Shown here in pieces: positions 10,268-20,406 of a DNA stretch of 64,000 bases. The notes beneath the pieces were generated by a model. That model searched no databases, was not told where the DNA came from, and saw nothing but the letters and a program-made list of their open reading frames with translations. Each line of letters begins with the position of its first letter. Position 1 is the stretch's first letter. The DNA comes from Tubiluchus corallicola (Eukaryota > Animalia > Priapulida): positions 23,151-87,150 of the forward strand of contig JAQGDQ010000858.1 of assembly GCA_030141605.1 (NCBI GenBank), given 5' to 3'. The position numbers and the translations under genes were made by a program.

Positions 10268-11596
10268 ATGAATACACAAAGGATGATCAAGATTATATTA
10301 GTTGGGACACTGTCTCTCTTTACTCTACTATCTCCCAAATCAGAGGTAAAAGGGCAACAGCCTCTTAACTTTTCTGATGCAATATCAAAAGCATTAAAAA
10401 ACAACTATGATATAGTCATTGTAAAAGGGAATAAAGAAATAGCTTCACTAAACAACAGGTGGGGAACAGCAGGAAGGTATCCTGATATTAACTTCTCTGC
10501 TAATTCAAATAATGAATGGGGATCTAATGAACAGAACGACTATACACAAAATACATTGAGAGGAGGTGTTACTCTTGACTGGATGCTTTTTAACGGCTTC
10601 TCTGTCAATATATCCAAAGCAAAACTGAATGACCTGGAGCAACTCTCTAAAGGCAACACATCAGTAATTGTTGAAGAGACTGTCCACGCGGTAACACTTG
10701 GATACAACCTTGTGCTTCTTGAACAGCAAAGGCTAAATGTACTAAAAGCTCTGATGAAGCTATCGGAAGACCGCTACAACTATGAAAGAGACAAAAAAGA
10801 GATTGGCAGCTCCGTTACATTTGATGTCTTACAGGCGCAAAATGCTTACTTAGCAGATAAAGCAAACCTCCTCGCACAAGAGGTAATGCTAAAAAATGCT
10901 ATCAGGGATTTGAGTTACATTATGGGAGAAAAAGAGGCCGATACATGGGTTTTTCCTGATTCACTTGAACCGGTTATTAACAACTATATAATTGCCGATT
11001 TACAACAAAAAATGTACTCTAATAATAATACTCTAAAGAACCAGTTTATTAATCAAAGTCTGATGGAGCGAGAAACTGCATTAGCAAAAAGCAATTTCTA
11101 TCCATCGCTAAGATTGTCCACAGGTATAGAAGGGAGCAGTAGCAAAATAAAATATGACAACGGGAACAATATAAATAGCGACTTGTGGAAATATTACGGC
11201 AACCTTACACTCAGCTATAACCTGTACAGTGGCGGGGTAAGAAGCAGAGCAGTGCAAATTGCTAAAATAGGTGAAGGCTTAGAGCAGGTTAAAACCGAAT
11301 CACTAAGGCACTTACTAACAAATCAGCTGTTAAATATTTACGAGCTGTATGAGTTGAGGAAAGAACTGCTGGGTGTAGCTAATGAAGCGTATGCAGCTGC
11401 TAAGCTTAACATGCAAATTGCAGAGGATAAATTTCGCAACGGATCAATTAACTCTTTCAACTATCGCGATGTACAACTAATCTACCTGAATGCAGCTCTG
11501 AGTAGATTGCAAACAATATATAACCTTATAGAATCAGACATTTCACTTATAAGGATCACGGGAGGTATTATCATGGAGTATGCTCCCGATATCTAA
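10268..11596 (+). CDS. TolC-family outer membrane efflux protein
   Basis: Signal peptide, AL.NN, repeated helical OEP pattern, F..G.I C-terminal motif; follows the RND permease. Confidence 0.9.
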   Translation: MNTQRMIKIILVGTLSLFTLLSPKSEVKGQQPLNFSDAISKALKNNYDIVIVKGNKEIASLNNRWGTAGRYPDINFSANSNNEWGSNEQNDYTQNTLRGGVTLDWMLFNGFSVNISKAKLNDLEQLSKGNTSVIVEETVHAVTLGYNLVLLEQQRLNVLKALMKLSEDRYNYERDKKEIGSSVTFDVLQAQNAYLADKANLLAQEVMLKNAIRDLSYIMGEKEADTWVFPDSLEPVINNYIIADLQQKMYSNNNTLKNQFINQSLMERETALAKSNFYPSLRLSTGIEGSSSKIKYDNGNNINSDLWKYYGNLTLSYNLYSGGVRSRAVQIAKIGEGLEQVKTESLRHLLTNQLLNIYELYELRKELLGVANEAYAAAKLNMQIAEDKFRNGSINSFNYRDVQLIYLNAALSRLQTIYNLIESDISLIRITGGIIMEYAPDI

Positions 11597-11642
11597 GAAC
11601 TCCATACTTTTGTTATCATCAGGCTCTCTACCCTTAGAGAAA

Positions 11643-13016
11643 CTACCTGTCAAACAGAAGCCTCTCTCCCTTCACATTATCATAAAACACGCCTTTGCCC
11701 CCGTGCGCACTGCTCTCATATACTAGATTCCCATTAACAAGGGTATGGGTAACCATATAGTTAAACGATTCTCCCTCAAACATAGACCAGCCGCACTTAT
11801 AATTAATATTATCTTTATTGACGATCCACCTACGAGGTTCTACCAACACTATATCAGCACGATATCCTTTTCTAATAAATCCTCTGTTCTTAATACTAAA
11901 CAGCTTTGCAGGAGAATGGCACATTTTCTCAACTACCTTCTCAATTGATAATTTACCCTGATGAAACAGATCCAGCATTACCATAAGTGAGTGCTGTACC
12001 ATTGGACCTCCCGAGGGGGATTTAAAATAGGTATTGCTCTTCTCTTCAAAAGTGTGTGGAGCATGATCTGTTGCAACAACATCAATTCTGTTATCTACTA
12101 CTGCTTCAATAAGCGCTAAGCGATCGTGCTCCGATTTTATTGCAGGATTCCATTTTATTGTGGCACCATACTTTTTATAATGCTTATCGGAAAACCATAA
12201 ATGATGCACACAAACTTCCGATGTAATACTCTTATCCTCGACTGAGCCCGGCTTAAAAAGTGCAGCCTCTGCCGCCGTCGATAGGTGCAGTACATGTAGC
12301 CTAGCATTATATTTTTCAGCAAGCTCTATGGCTTTTGATGTTGAAGCAAAGCAGGCTTCAGCACTCCTTATATTTGGGTGCTCCCATATTGGAACACTTT
12401 CTCCGTATTTTCCTTTTGCAATAGTAGTATTACGCTGTATTATAGATTCCTCCTCACAATGAGTTGCAATAAGCATGTTTGATTTGGAAAAAATGTTGGA
12501 AAGTGCAAGAGGATTATCAACCAACATATTTCCTGTGGAAGACCCCATAAAAACTTTTATACCACACACCTTTTTAGCATCCGTTTCCAACAACTCATCA
12601 AGATTATCATTAGTAGCACCAATATAGAATGAATAATTTGCCAGAGAGGTTGCCGATGCACGTAGATATTTTAGCTCCAACTGCTTATGGCTGGTAGCCT
12701 GAGGAACAGTGTTGGGCATCTCCATATAAGAGGTGACCCCTCCCGAAACAGCAGCCCTTGACTCAGATGCAATATCTGCTTTATGTGTAAGCCCTGGCTC
12801 TCTAAAATGAACCTGATCGTCAATTATCCCTGGCAATAATAACTTACCGGTAGCATCTATTGTGACAGACTTTTTTAATATTGCATCAGGCACCTTCCCT
12901 CTGAATATCTCAAAAATATCCCCCCCACGAATGAGAAGGCTTGCACCATCAAACACTTGCCCTTCATTGATAATTCTGGCATTAACAATAACGATATCTC
13001 TCATCTCTGTCAACAT
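11643..13016 (-). CDS. pyrC: Dihydroorotase
   Basis: PGIIDDQVHFREPG, EMPNT.P, K.FMGSSTG, HCE, KWNPAIK, ATDHAPH. Confidence 0.93.
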   Translation of the reverse strand: MLTEMRDIVIVNARIINEGQVFDGASLLIRGGDIFEIFRGKVPDAILKKSVTIDATGKLLLPGIIDDQVHFREPGLTHKADIASESRAAVSGGVTSYMEMPNTVPQATSHKQLELKYLRASATSLANYSFYIGATNDNLDELLETDAKKVCGIKVFMGSSTGNMLVDNPLALSNIFSKSNMLIATHCEEESIIQRNTTIAKGKYGESVPIWEHPNIRSAEACFASTSKAIELAEKYNARLHVLHLSTAAEAALFKPGSVEDKSITSEVCVHHLWFSDKHYKKYGATIKWNPAIKSEHDRLALIEAVVDNRIDVVATDHAPHTFEEKSNTYFKSPSGGPMVQHSLMVMLDLFHQGKLSIEKVVEKMCHSPAKLFSIKNRGFIRKGYRADIVLVEPRRWIVNKDNINYKCGWSMFEGESFNYMVTHTLVNGNLVYESSAHGGKGVFYDNVKGERLLFDR

Positions 13017-13113
13017 CTACTAATTTGCACACCCCCAATTAAATCACACAGCTTTTAAATTGGAATACTGAACTGTGCTTAGTTTTAGCCAGAATTATCA
13101 TCAGATAGCACAC

Positions 13114-13845
13114 CTAACATTTGTAACTCCTGAAAAAACTTTGCAATTTCATTTTTATTACCCCAAAAAATGCCTCCCCAAATATACCCCCACTCATTTT
13201 AGACAAACCATCCTTTCTATCTGTAAATATAATAGGTACCTCTACTATGTTAAAACCAAACTTCCAGGCGGTAAACTTTATCTCTATTTGAAACCCATAC
13301 CCCTTCATTTTGATATTTTGGGGCTTGATAGTTTCCAGCACATTACGTCTATAACACTTAAAACCAGCAGTAGTATCCATTATTTTCATCCCTGTTACCA
13401 TCCTCACATATACCGATGCAAAATATGACATAAGCACCCTTTTGAGCGGCCAGTTAACTACATTTACCCCGGAAATGTATCGAGACCCAATAGCAACATC
13501 CGCACCGCCGCTTTTACACACTTCATACAGGCCCATCAAGCTGTCAGGACTATGAGAAAAATCGGCATCCATTTCGAAAATATAATCATACCCTTTCTCA
13601 ACAGCCCACTCAAACCCCCTGATATAAGCCGTACCCAAGCCAAGCTTTCCCTCTCTTTCCACCATAAAAAGAGACTTTGGATACTTCAGAATAAGGTTCT
13701 TTACTATTAAAGCCGTGCCATCAGAAGAATTATCATCCACCACAAGTATGTGAAAATCTTTTTTGAGAAGAAATATCTCACCTACTATTTTTTCAATATT
13801 CTCCCTTTCATTATAAGTCGGTATTATTATAACACTATCTGACAC
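13114..13845 (-). CDS. Polyprenol-phosphate mannose synthase-like GT2 glycosyltransferase (Dpm1 family)
   Basis: IIPTYNE, VDDNSSDGT, KLGLGTAY, EMDADFSH, GSRY, D.T.GFKCYRR, GY.FQIE. Confidence 0.92.
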   Translation of the reverse strand: MSDSVIIIPTYNERENIEKIVGEIFLLKKDFHILVVDDNSSDGTALIVKNLILKYPKSLFMVEREGKLGLGTAYIRGFEWAVEKGYDYIFEMDADFSHSPDSLMGLYEVCKSGGADVAIGSRYISGVNVVNWPLKRVLMSYFASVYVRMVTGMKIMDTTAGFKCYRRNVLETIKPQNIKMKGYGFQIEIKFTAWKFGFNIVEVPIIFTDRKDGLSKMSGGIFGEAFFGVIKMKLQSFFRSYKC

Positions 13846-13875
13846 CTTATATTAATTAAAGTAATTATTGCTAAG

Positions 13876-13883
13876 CAAATATA
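13876..13883 (-). promoter_or_regulatory. -7 promoter element (TATATTTG) for GT2-pyrC
   Basis: TAnnTTTG match 30 nt upstream of the GTG start. Confidence 0.6.
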
Positions 13884-14335
13884 AAATTATTTTTAATGAC
13901 AGGCGCACATCAATATATCCTGCCCAAAATCCTCAGACCTCAGAACCCTGTAGGCTTATAAAATACTTCCCTGCTGCCTAGGTAATTCCAGTAATCAAAC
14001 TTTTGCTTTGTCGTTAATGCTCATGATTTTTCTGATACTTTCACTGAATCCTTTACTTTCAACAATATAATGTAGCTATTGACTGTATTGCGCAAAATAT
14101 TTAAAAGATCACCAATTTGCCACCTGTTTTGCTCCGTCGTTGTACAACGATAATATTTATTTTTAATCCATCTGATTAAGTTTGTTTGGCATATCCATAA
14201 AAATCTGCAATATAATCTTCCAAAGCGCGCCACCGGCATAGCTTAACCAGAAACCAGCAGCACAAAATGAGTCAAAATAGTCATAAATAAACTTTTACTA
14301 GCTATGAAAAACTATTCATTGCTTTTGGGCAGTTT

Positions 14336-15043
14336 TCATTTTGTAAGAACTAATAATGAATACCCTCCCATCAGCTTCACAGTTAAATCAGGAAAAAGTG
14401 AAAACATTAACTTTCTTTCGTGGCACATTTGCAATTTTAGTTGCTATTCTTTTGGGTATTACAAAAGAACCGTCAGTATAAAAATAATCTATTATATCCA
14501 ATCCAGAATCTTCAAGTGTGGCCAAAGCTGTTTCTTTTGTAAAATAATGCAAATGTCCCACGCTATCTCTTACAGAAGTTAAGCGACTCCTCAATATTGA
14601 ACTAACATGTATGTCAAGTGGTATGTGAAATATTTTATATTCAGCTTGTTCTTTACACTTTTCAATAAAACCAATATAATCTGAAACATGCTCAAAAACA
14701 TCTATCATCAATAATAAATCAAATTTTTCTTTCTGCTCAGATGTAAAATCTTTACAAAAGAAGTTGATATTGGGCTTGTTATTTTTACGCGCCATTTTAA
14801 TAGCACTTTCTGCTATGTCATAACCTTCAAAGGTAATATCACCGTTATTAAAATAACTCGTCCATCTGGTATAATATTTCTCCTGCTCCACAACCAACTT
14901 CAACTATTGTTCTTGGCTTTAGCTCATTCTTCTTTAATAATCTTCAAAATCTGCCTTGCCTTCCATGGGGAATCCTCTACACCCCAAGTTGGATTATTTT
15001 TCAAATATTTACAATTTTCTTATGTATAAATCTTTTCTAGCAT
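14336..15043 (-). pseudogene. Class I SAM-dependent methyltransferase, disrupted (premature stop and frameshifts)
   Basis: Joining frames from ATG 15043 gives MLEKIYT*...YLKNNPTWGVEDSPWKARQILKI / ...TIVEVGCGAGEIL / ...EGYDIAESAI...FDLLLMIDVFEHVSD...GHLHYFTKETA / ...LMGGYSLLVLTK*. SAM motif I (EVGCGAG) is out of frame with the 14388-14903 ORF. Confidence 0.8.
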
Positions 15044-15390
15044 AATTTTCATTTATTATTCACAACAAGTTGTTTATACGCAGCTTGGGAGTTTGAAGCA
15101 CCTACCTGTCACCCCGTTATATTTTTTATTAAGCATGCTCATTTTCAACATAGCACAATCTGCCAAATAATCTTATTAATTAGCTAAATATTAACGCCTA
15201 TTTCGCTTATTTTATTGTTTATTAACACTTGTAGTTCATGTTAAATTGCTAGGCGGCACCATAAAATTCACACCAAATTGTTATGCTTGTGACTTGTACA
15301 GTAAAAGGGAGGGTTTTGTGCCCTTAGCAAATTTGATGGCAATACCTCTCGATGCCTTCAGGTTCAGAAAGAAAGAGAGCGACTATAAAG

Positions 15391-16648
15391 GGACTGTCTC
15401 AAAAGTGATAGCCTCTTTTGTGTTTATTGAGTTACTAACAATTAATTGCCTGTAAATCAAAAAAAGAAAGCCTTAATGCTTCCTTAAATTCATAGATTCT
15501 TGCAACTTGCGTGTGATTTTCAATAAGTTAAAGGTGCGATTAAAAAATGATTCTTCAAAGCAGCTAATGCTACTTCCCCCCCAGCCTTGATGATTTAATT
15601 GAAGACAAGAACCATTCGGTATATGCAGTCAATAAGGTGGCTAATAAGATCAATATTGAACCTCTTATCAAAACATATAAAGGAGAAGGCACCTCAAGTT
15701 ATCACCTTATCACCCAAGAATGCTTCTAAAAGTTATCATTTAATGTTTACTTGAATAATGCTTACAGTACGAGAGGCATTGAGTATCAATTAAAAGGCAA
15801 TATTTATTTTATGTGGTTAAGTGGCGAGTCAACCTGATCATAATACTATTTTTCGTTAGGAGTAAAGGGCTAAAAGGGGAAATTAAAAAGATGCTTGCTC
15901 TAGTTGTTGCTTTGCTGATTAAAGGAGGGTTGGTTAGCATAAAAGAGGCCTTTATTGATGGGACCAAAATTAAAGCCAATGCCAACCACTACGCTTTCGT
16001 ATGGGGCAAACCCATAAATACAAACAAAGGAAAAATGAAAGACCAGCTTGAAACTCTGTAGTCATATGTAGAACAGGTTTGTAAAAAAGAAAGCTCACTG
16101 CTTGAAAACCTGATTTTAGGGAATTATCACCAGAAAAAGTTGATGCCACTATCCAAACAATAAACAAAGCACTATCAAGCAGAACACGCCACTACACCAA
16201 GTAGTTAACCGCAATAATCGTCCAGTAGGATGGGGTCTCATAAGGCAAAAGGCAACCATATAATTTCCGTAAGCCATAACCTAATCAGTCATAAAAGTAA
16301 GGTTCGAAAGCTTTTAACAAGTGAAGAAGAAGTAAAGTGCAGGAAGCAAAGAGCCTGGGCTGTTAAAGGTGCTTTTGGAATATTAAAGCATAATAAAGGC
16401 TTTAAAAGATTTATGTTCAAAGGCCTTGATAGTGTTGAGATTGAAGCAGGGGTATTACTAATTGCTCACAATATTGCTAAAGTGAGTGCCTGGATAAACT
16501 CTTATTCAATTCATTATCTTAAAAAGATGACCTAATTTACGATTAAAAAGTTTTCAAAAAAGTATTCCTATTACCAAATTCAATTACTCATAATAATTGT
16601 TTAAAAAGTTGACAAAAAACTGTCCCAAAGTTACTTTTGAGATAGCTC
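15391..16648 (+). mobile_element. Degenerate IS1182-family insertion sequence (internally deleted, many stops and frameshifts)
   Basis: Imperfect TIRs GGACTGTCTCAAAAGT (15391-15406) and ACTTTTGAGATAGCTC (16633-16648). Fragments QLMLLPP, YKGEGTSSYHP.MLLKVI, IYFMWLSG, FIDGTKIKANANHYAFVWGK, and C-terminal FG.LKHNKGFKRF...G...V.IE.G...IAHN (16230-16535). Confidence 0.85.
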
Positions 16649-16699
16649 TCATAGAAATAAACTTAACCTAGATGCACAACAGCTGTTGAAAAATATTTT

Positions 16700-16828
16700 G
16701 AGACCTTTACAAGATTAAAAAAAACCTGGTTCAAATTGAGTGAAAACTCAAAAAAAATCGCAGTTTACTGATCTAAAATAAATGCTTTGGCAAAAACATT
16801 TAATAAAAAATGAGTTTTGCAAAGGCTC
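16700..16828 (+). repeat. Dispersed long-hairpin element (MITE/RPE-like), copy upstream of mdh
   Basis: GAGACCTTTACAA ... CGCAGTTTACTG ... TGAGTTTTGCAAAGGCTC; alignable by eye with 29070-29206. Confidence 0.8.
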
Positions 16829-16854
16829 CGTTTTTATAGTCAAATACTACTTAC

Positions 16855-16862
16855 TATATTTG
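16855..16862 (+). promoter_or_regulatory. -7 promoter element (TATATTTG) for mdh
   Basis: TAnnTTTG match ~90 nt upstream of the ATG. Confidence 0.6.
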
Positions 16863-16953
16863 AGCACAAATTTTGGATACAAGAATTGAAACCGAAAATT
16901 TTCTATTTTCATCATTTCTGAAATAGGCAACTAATTTTAAAAATTAAGTAATT

Positions 16954-17895
16954 ATGAAAGTTACCGTTATTGGTGCAGGAAACGTTGGTGCTACATGTGC
17001 TGATGTTTTAGCATATCGAGAAGTTGTAGGCGAAGTTGTATTAGTAGACATAAAAGAGGGACTTGCTGAAGGCAAAGCCCTGGATATATGGCAAAAAGCT
17101 CCTGTAAATGTTTATGATACCCGCACAGTTGGAGTAACAAACGACTACACCCGAACAGCAGGCTCAGACGTTGTGGTAATCACTTCTGGACTACCGCGTA
17201 AACCTGGAATGAGTAGAGATGACCTTATTGAGACAAATGCCGGAATTGTAAAAACAGTGACGGAAAGCGTTATCAAATATTCGCCTGAGGCAATTATCAT
17301 TGTCGTATCCAATCCACTTGACGTAATGACATACCAGGCACACTTAGTATCAAAGTTGCCACGCACAAAAGTAATAGGCATGGCTGGTATACTTGATACT
17401 GCTCGCTATCGTGCTTTCCTTGCGGAGGAACTGAATATATCGCAAAAGGAGATACAGGCTGTACTAATGGGAGGGCATGGCGACACCATGGTCCCCTTAC
17501 CTCGCTACACCACTGTTGGAGGTATTCCTGTAACGGAGCTTATCGGAGAGAAAGAGCTAAGTGCAATTGTAGAGCGAACTAAATATGGAGGTGGAGAACT
17601 GGTAAAGTTAATGGGTACTTCGGCATGGTATGCACCAGGCGCAGCTGCAGCACAAATGGTAGAAGCCATAGTAAAAGACCAGCGTCGCGTATTCCCTGTT
17701 TGTATCCTGCTTGATGGCGAATACGGCATAAATAATTGCTATCTTGGAGTTCCGGTAATTTTAGGCAAAAACGGAGTGGAAAAAATTATTGAAATGCAGT
17801 TGAACAGTGCTGAAATGGCACTCTTAAAAGATAGTGAAGGGCATGTAAAGGAGGTAATGGGAGTACTTGACAAGTTGAACAGCAAATCAACGTAG
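16954..17895 (+). CDS. mdh: Malate dehydrogenase (LDH-like)
   Basis: GAGNVG, GKALD, G.PRKPGMSRDDL (MDH-specific Arg), SNPLD, LDTAR, GGHGD, SAWYAP. Confidence 0.96.
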   Translation: MKVTVIGAGNVGATCADVLAYREVVGEVVLVDIKEGLAEGKALDIWQKAPVNVYDTRTVGVTNDYTRTAGSDVVVITSGLPRKPGMSRDDLIETNAGIVKTVTESVIKYSPEAIIIVVSNPLDVMTYQAHLVSKLPRTKVIGMAGILDTARYRAFLAEELNISQKEIQAVLMGGHGDTMVPLPRYTTVGGIPVTELIGEKELSAIVERTKYGGGELVKLMGTSAWYAPGAAAAQMVEAIVKDQRRVFPVCILLDGEYGINNCYLGVPVILGKNGVEKIIEMQLNSAEMALLKDSEGHVKEVMGVLDKLNSKST

Positions 17896-17940
17896 CAACT
17901 GCTACAAATTAAAATAGTATTAAAAAACATTGCGTTACAA

Positions 17941-17971
17941 ATAGAGGGTGTCTCAAAAGGGCACCCTCTAT
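17941..17971 (+). terminator. Hairpin after mdh, probable terminator
   Basis: ATAGAGGGTGTC-TCAAAA-GGGCACCCTCTAT inverted repeat; no strong U-tract on the + strand. Confidence 0.55.
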
Positions 17972-18160
17972 AAAAGTTTGTAACTGACAACTTTGACAAT
18001 AACTTCTTACCTCGCTTGTTATAACAACAATAAACAAGCACCTGTTATTGAATAAATTTCAGCTTGCAGTTTTGAGAGTAAATTGAAGAAAAAGCTTGCA
18101 GAAAAGCGCCAGATGCTATAAATCACACCGTAAAAAATGATGCTCAGCGCTTCTTCTGTG

Positions 18161-18261
18161 CTCAAAAGATAAAAAATCTCAGCTTACTAATAGTAAACAA
18201 GGATCTAGAAGAGGGTTTTGACAAAATTTTAATAAATAAATATCAGCCTTGCAAAACTCTC
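18161..18261 (+). repeat. Dispersed long-hairpin element, 5'-truncated copy
   Basis: ATCTCAG-CTTAC-TAATA-GTAAA-CAAGGAT core, then GAAGAGGGTTTTGACAAAA ... CCTTGCAAAACTCTC end. Confidence 0.65.
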
Positions 18262-18413
18262 AAATGGCAAGCATATCAAAAAATTATAAAATAAAAAGCT
18301 CAAAATTTCGCAAAAATAGAGTCAAATAACTTTTTGTATTTTCTATCAGAACTGCTGGAAAACTAAAGAAACTGAATGGTTAAGCGAGCATGAGTTTTCA
18401 TGCTCGTTTTAAC

Positions 18414-18421
18414 TATATTTG
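18414..18421 (+). promoter_or_regulatory. -7 promoter element (TATATTTG) for parE
   Basis: TAnnTTTG match ~22 nt upstream of ATG 18443. Confidence 0.6.
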
Positions 18422-18442
18422 TGCAAAATTTTGAAAAGAAAA

Positions 18443-20290
18443 ATGATGCCAAAGTATTCAGAAGAAACTATACGCACACTCGACTGGAAAGAGCACATAC
18501 GGAAGCGCCCCGGTATGTATATTGGAAAATTAGGAGATGGTTCTTCTCCTGATGACGGAATATATGTACTGCTTAAAGAGGTACTTGACAACTCCATTGA
18601 TGAATTCATGATGGGGTACGGAAAACAGATAGATGTTCATGTAAGCAATGACAACGTTCTGATACGTGACTATGGGAGGGGTATACCTTTGGGAAAAATT
18701 ACAGATGCTGCATCAAAAATGAACACAGGCGCAAAATATGACTCCAAGGTTTTTAAAAAATCTGTTGGCTTAAATGGAGTTGGTATAAAAGCAGTGAATG
18801 CACTCTCAAGGGGCTTCACCATTATGTCTGTAAGGGAGAGGAATATGAAAAAAGTAGAATTTGACCGCGGAGATATTATTATAGAGCATGAGATAAAAAA
18901 GGTAGGTGAAAAAAATGGCACCTGTGTTACATTTACTCCCGATAAAGATATATTTGGGAACTACCACTTTATGGAAGAGTACATTGCAGGCATGTTGAAA
19001 AACTATGTTTACCTTAATGCCGGTCTCACTCTTACCTACAACGAGCAAAAGTATATATCTCAAAACGGACTGCTGGACTTACTAAACGATAACCTTCCCC
19101 AGCCTAGCCTTTACCCTATAATACACCTTAGAGGCGAAGATATAGAGCTCGCTATAACGCACAGCAATCAGTACGGAGAAGATTATTACTCCTTTGTAAA
19201 CGGGCAACACACTACACAGGGGGGAACCCACATGCTCGCTTTTCGTGAAGCGATAGTAAAAACCATTCGCGACTTCTATAAAAAAGATTTTGATGCATCT
19301 GACATACGCGCTTCTATTGTTGCAGCTATAAGTATAAAAGTAGAGGAGCCAGTCTTTGAATCACAGACAAAAACTAAACTGGGTTCAAAAGATATTGGCC
19401 CATCCGGCCCGTCAGTACGCAACTTCGTAATGAATTTTGTGCTAAAGGAGCTTGATAACTACTTGCATAAAAATCCAAACACAGCAGAAGTACTGCTGAA
19501 AAGGATTCAGGAATCAGAACGTGAAAGAAAAGCTATTTCAGGGATTAAAAGACTAGCAAAACAAAGAGCAAAAAAAGCTAACCTTCATAACAAAAAACTG
19601 CGTGACTGCCGTGTTCATTACAACTCTAAACATGAGAAAAAAAAGGAATCAAGTATTTTTATTACAGAGGGTGATTCGGCCAGTGGCTCAATCACAAAGT
19701 CCAGAGATGTAAGTACCCAAGCGGTTTTTAGCTTAAGGGGAAAGCCGCTCAACTCATACGGATTGACAAAAAAAGTGGTCTATGAAAATGAAGAATTTAA
19801 CCTTTTACAGGCAGCTCTCAATATAGAGGAAAACTTTGACAGCCTCCGTTATAATAAAGTTATTATAGCTACTGATGCGGATGTAGATGGTATGCACATA
19901 CGGTTATTGCTAATCACATTCTTTTTACAATTCTTCCCTGAATTAATTAAACGGGGACACCTTTACATCTTACAAACACCTCTCTTCAGAGTGAGGAACA
20001 AACACAAGACACACTACTGTTACTCTGATGAAGAGCGTAGCTCTGCAATCAAGAACCTGGGTAATAACCCTGAAATAACCCGCTTTAAGGGACTGGGAGA
20101 AATATCTCCTGATGAGTTCAAAAACTTTATAGGAAAAGACATTCGTCTTGAACCTATAATAATGAATAAGCACAAACCGGTTAAAGATATGCTAGCATTC
20201 TACATGGGCAAAAACACCCCACCCCGTCAGGATTTTATTATCAATAACCTACATGTGGAAAAAGATGAAATTGAGACGGCTCGAACTTAA
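18443..20290 (+). CDS. parE: DNA topoisomerase IV subunit B (Bacteroidota type)
   Basis: [60 protein letters not shown]; paired with parC. Probable start ATG 18443 or 18446. Confidence 0.92.
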   Translation: MMPKYSEETIRTLDWKEHIRKRPGMYIGKLGDGSSPDDGIYVLLKEVLDNSIDEFMMGYGKQIDVHVSNDNVLIRDYGRGIPLGKITDAASKMNTGAKYDSKVFKKSVGLNGVGIKAVNALSRGFTIMSVRERNMKKVEFDRGDIIIEHEIKKVGEKNGTCVTFTPDKDIFGNYHFMEEYIAGMLKNYVYLNAGLTLTYNEQKYISQNGLLDLLNDNLPQPSLYPIIHLRGEDIELAITHSNQYGEDYYSFVNGQHTTQGGTHMLAFREAIVKTIRDFYKKDFDASDIRASIVAAISIKVEEPVFESQTKTKLGSKDIGPSGPSVRNFVMNFVLKELDNYLHKNPNTAEVLLKRIQESERERKAISGIKRLAKQRAKKANLHNKKLRDCRVHYNSKHEKKKESSIFITEGDSASGSITKSRDVSTQAVFSLRGKPLNSYGLTKKVVYENEEFNLLQAALNIEENFDSLRYNKVIIATDADVDGMHIRLLLITFFLQFFPELIKRGHLYILQTPLFRVRNKHKTHYCYSDEERSSAIKNLGNNPEITRFKGLGEISPDEFKNFIGKDIRLEPIIMNKHKPVKDMLAFYMGKNTPPRQDFIINNLHVEKDEIETART

Positions 20291-20406
20291 AAATAAGTAT
20301 GAATAGCAGCCAGTAAAACATATTGACTTGAAAGGACCTTGCCTGAAATAGGTAATTATTTATTCGCTCAGGCTCCCCGCTCCTTGGTATTTTAATCTAA
20401 GTAAGA

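Noticed and set aside
15240-15390. 69-aa ORF or possible riboswitch left of the IS1182 remnant
   Set aside because: The ORF runs into the IS TIR, and I recognised no conserved riboswitch motif
15813-16535. ORFs 15813-16061 and 16230-16535 as independent small genes
   Set aside because: They are pieces of the decayed IS1182 transposase
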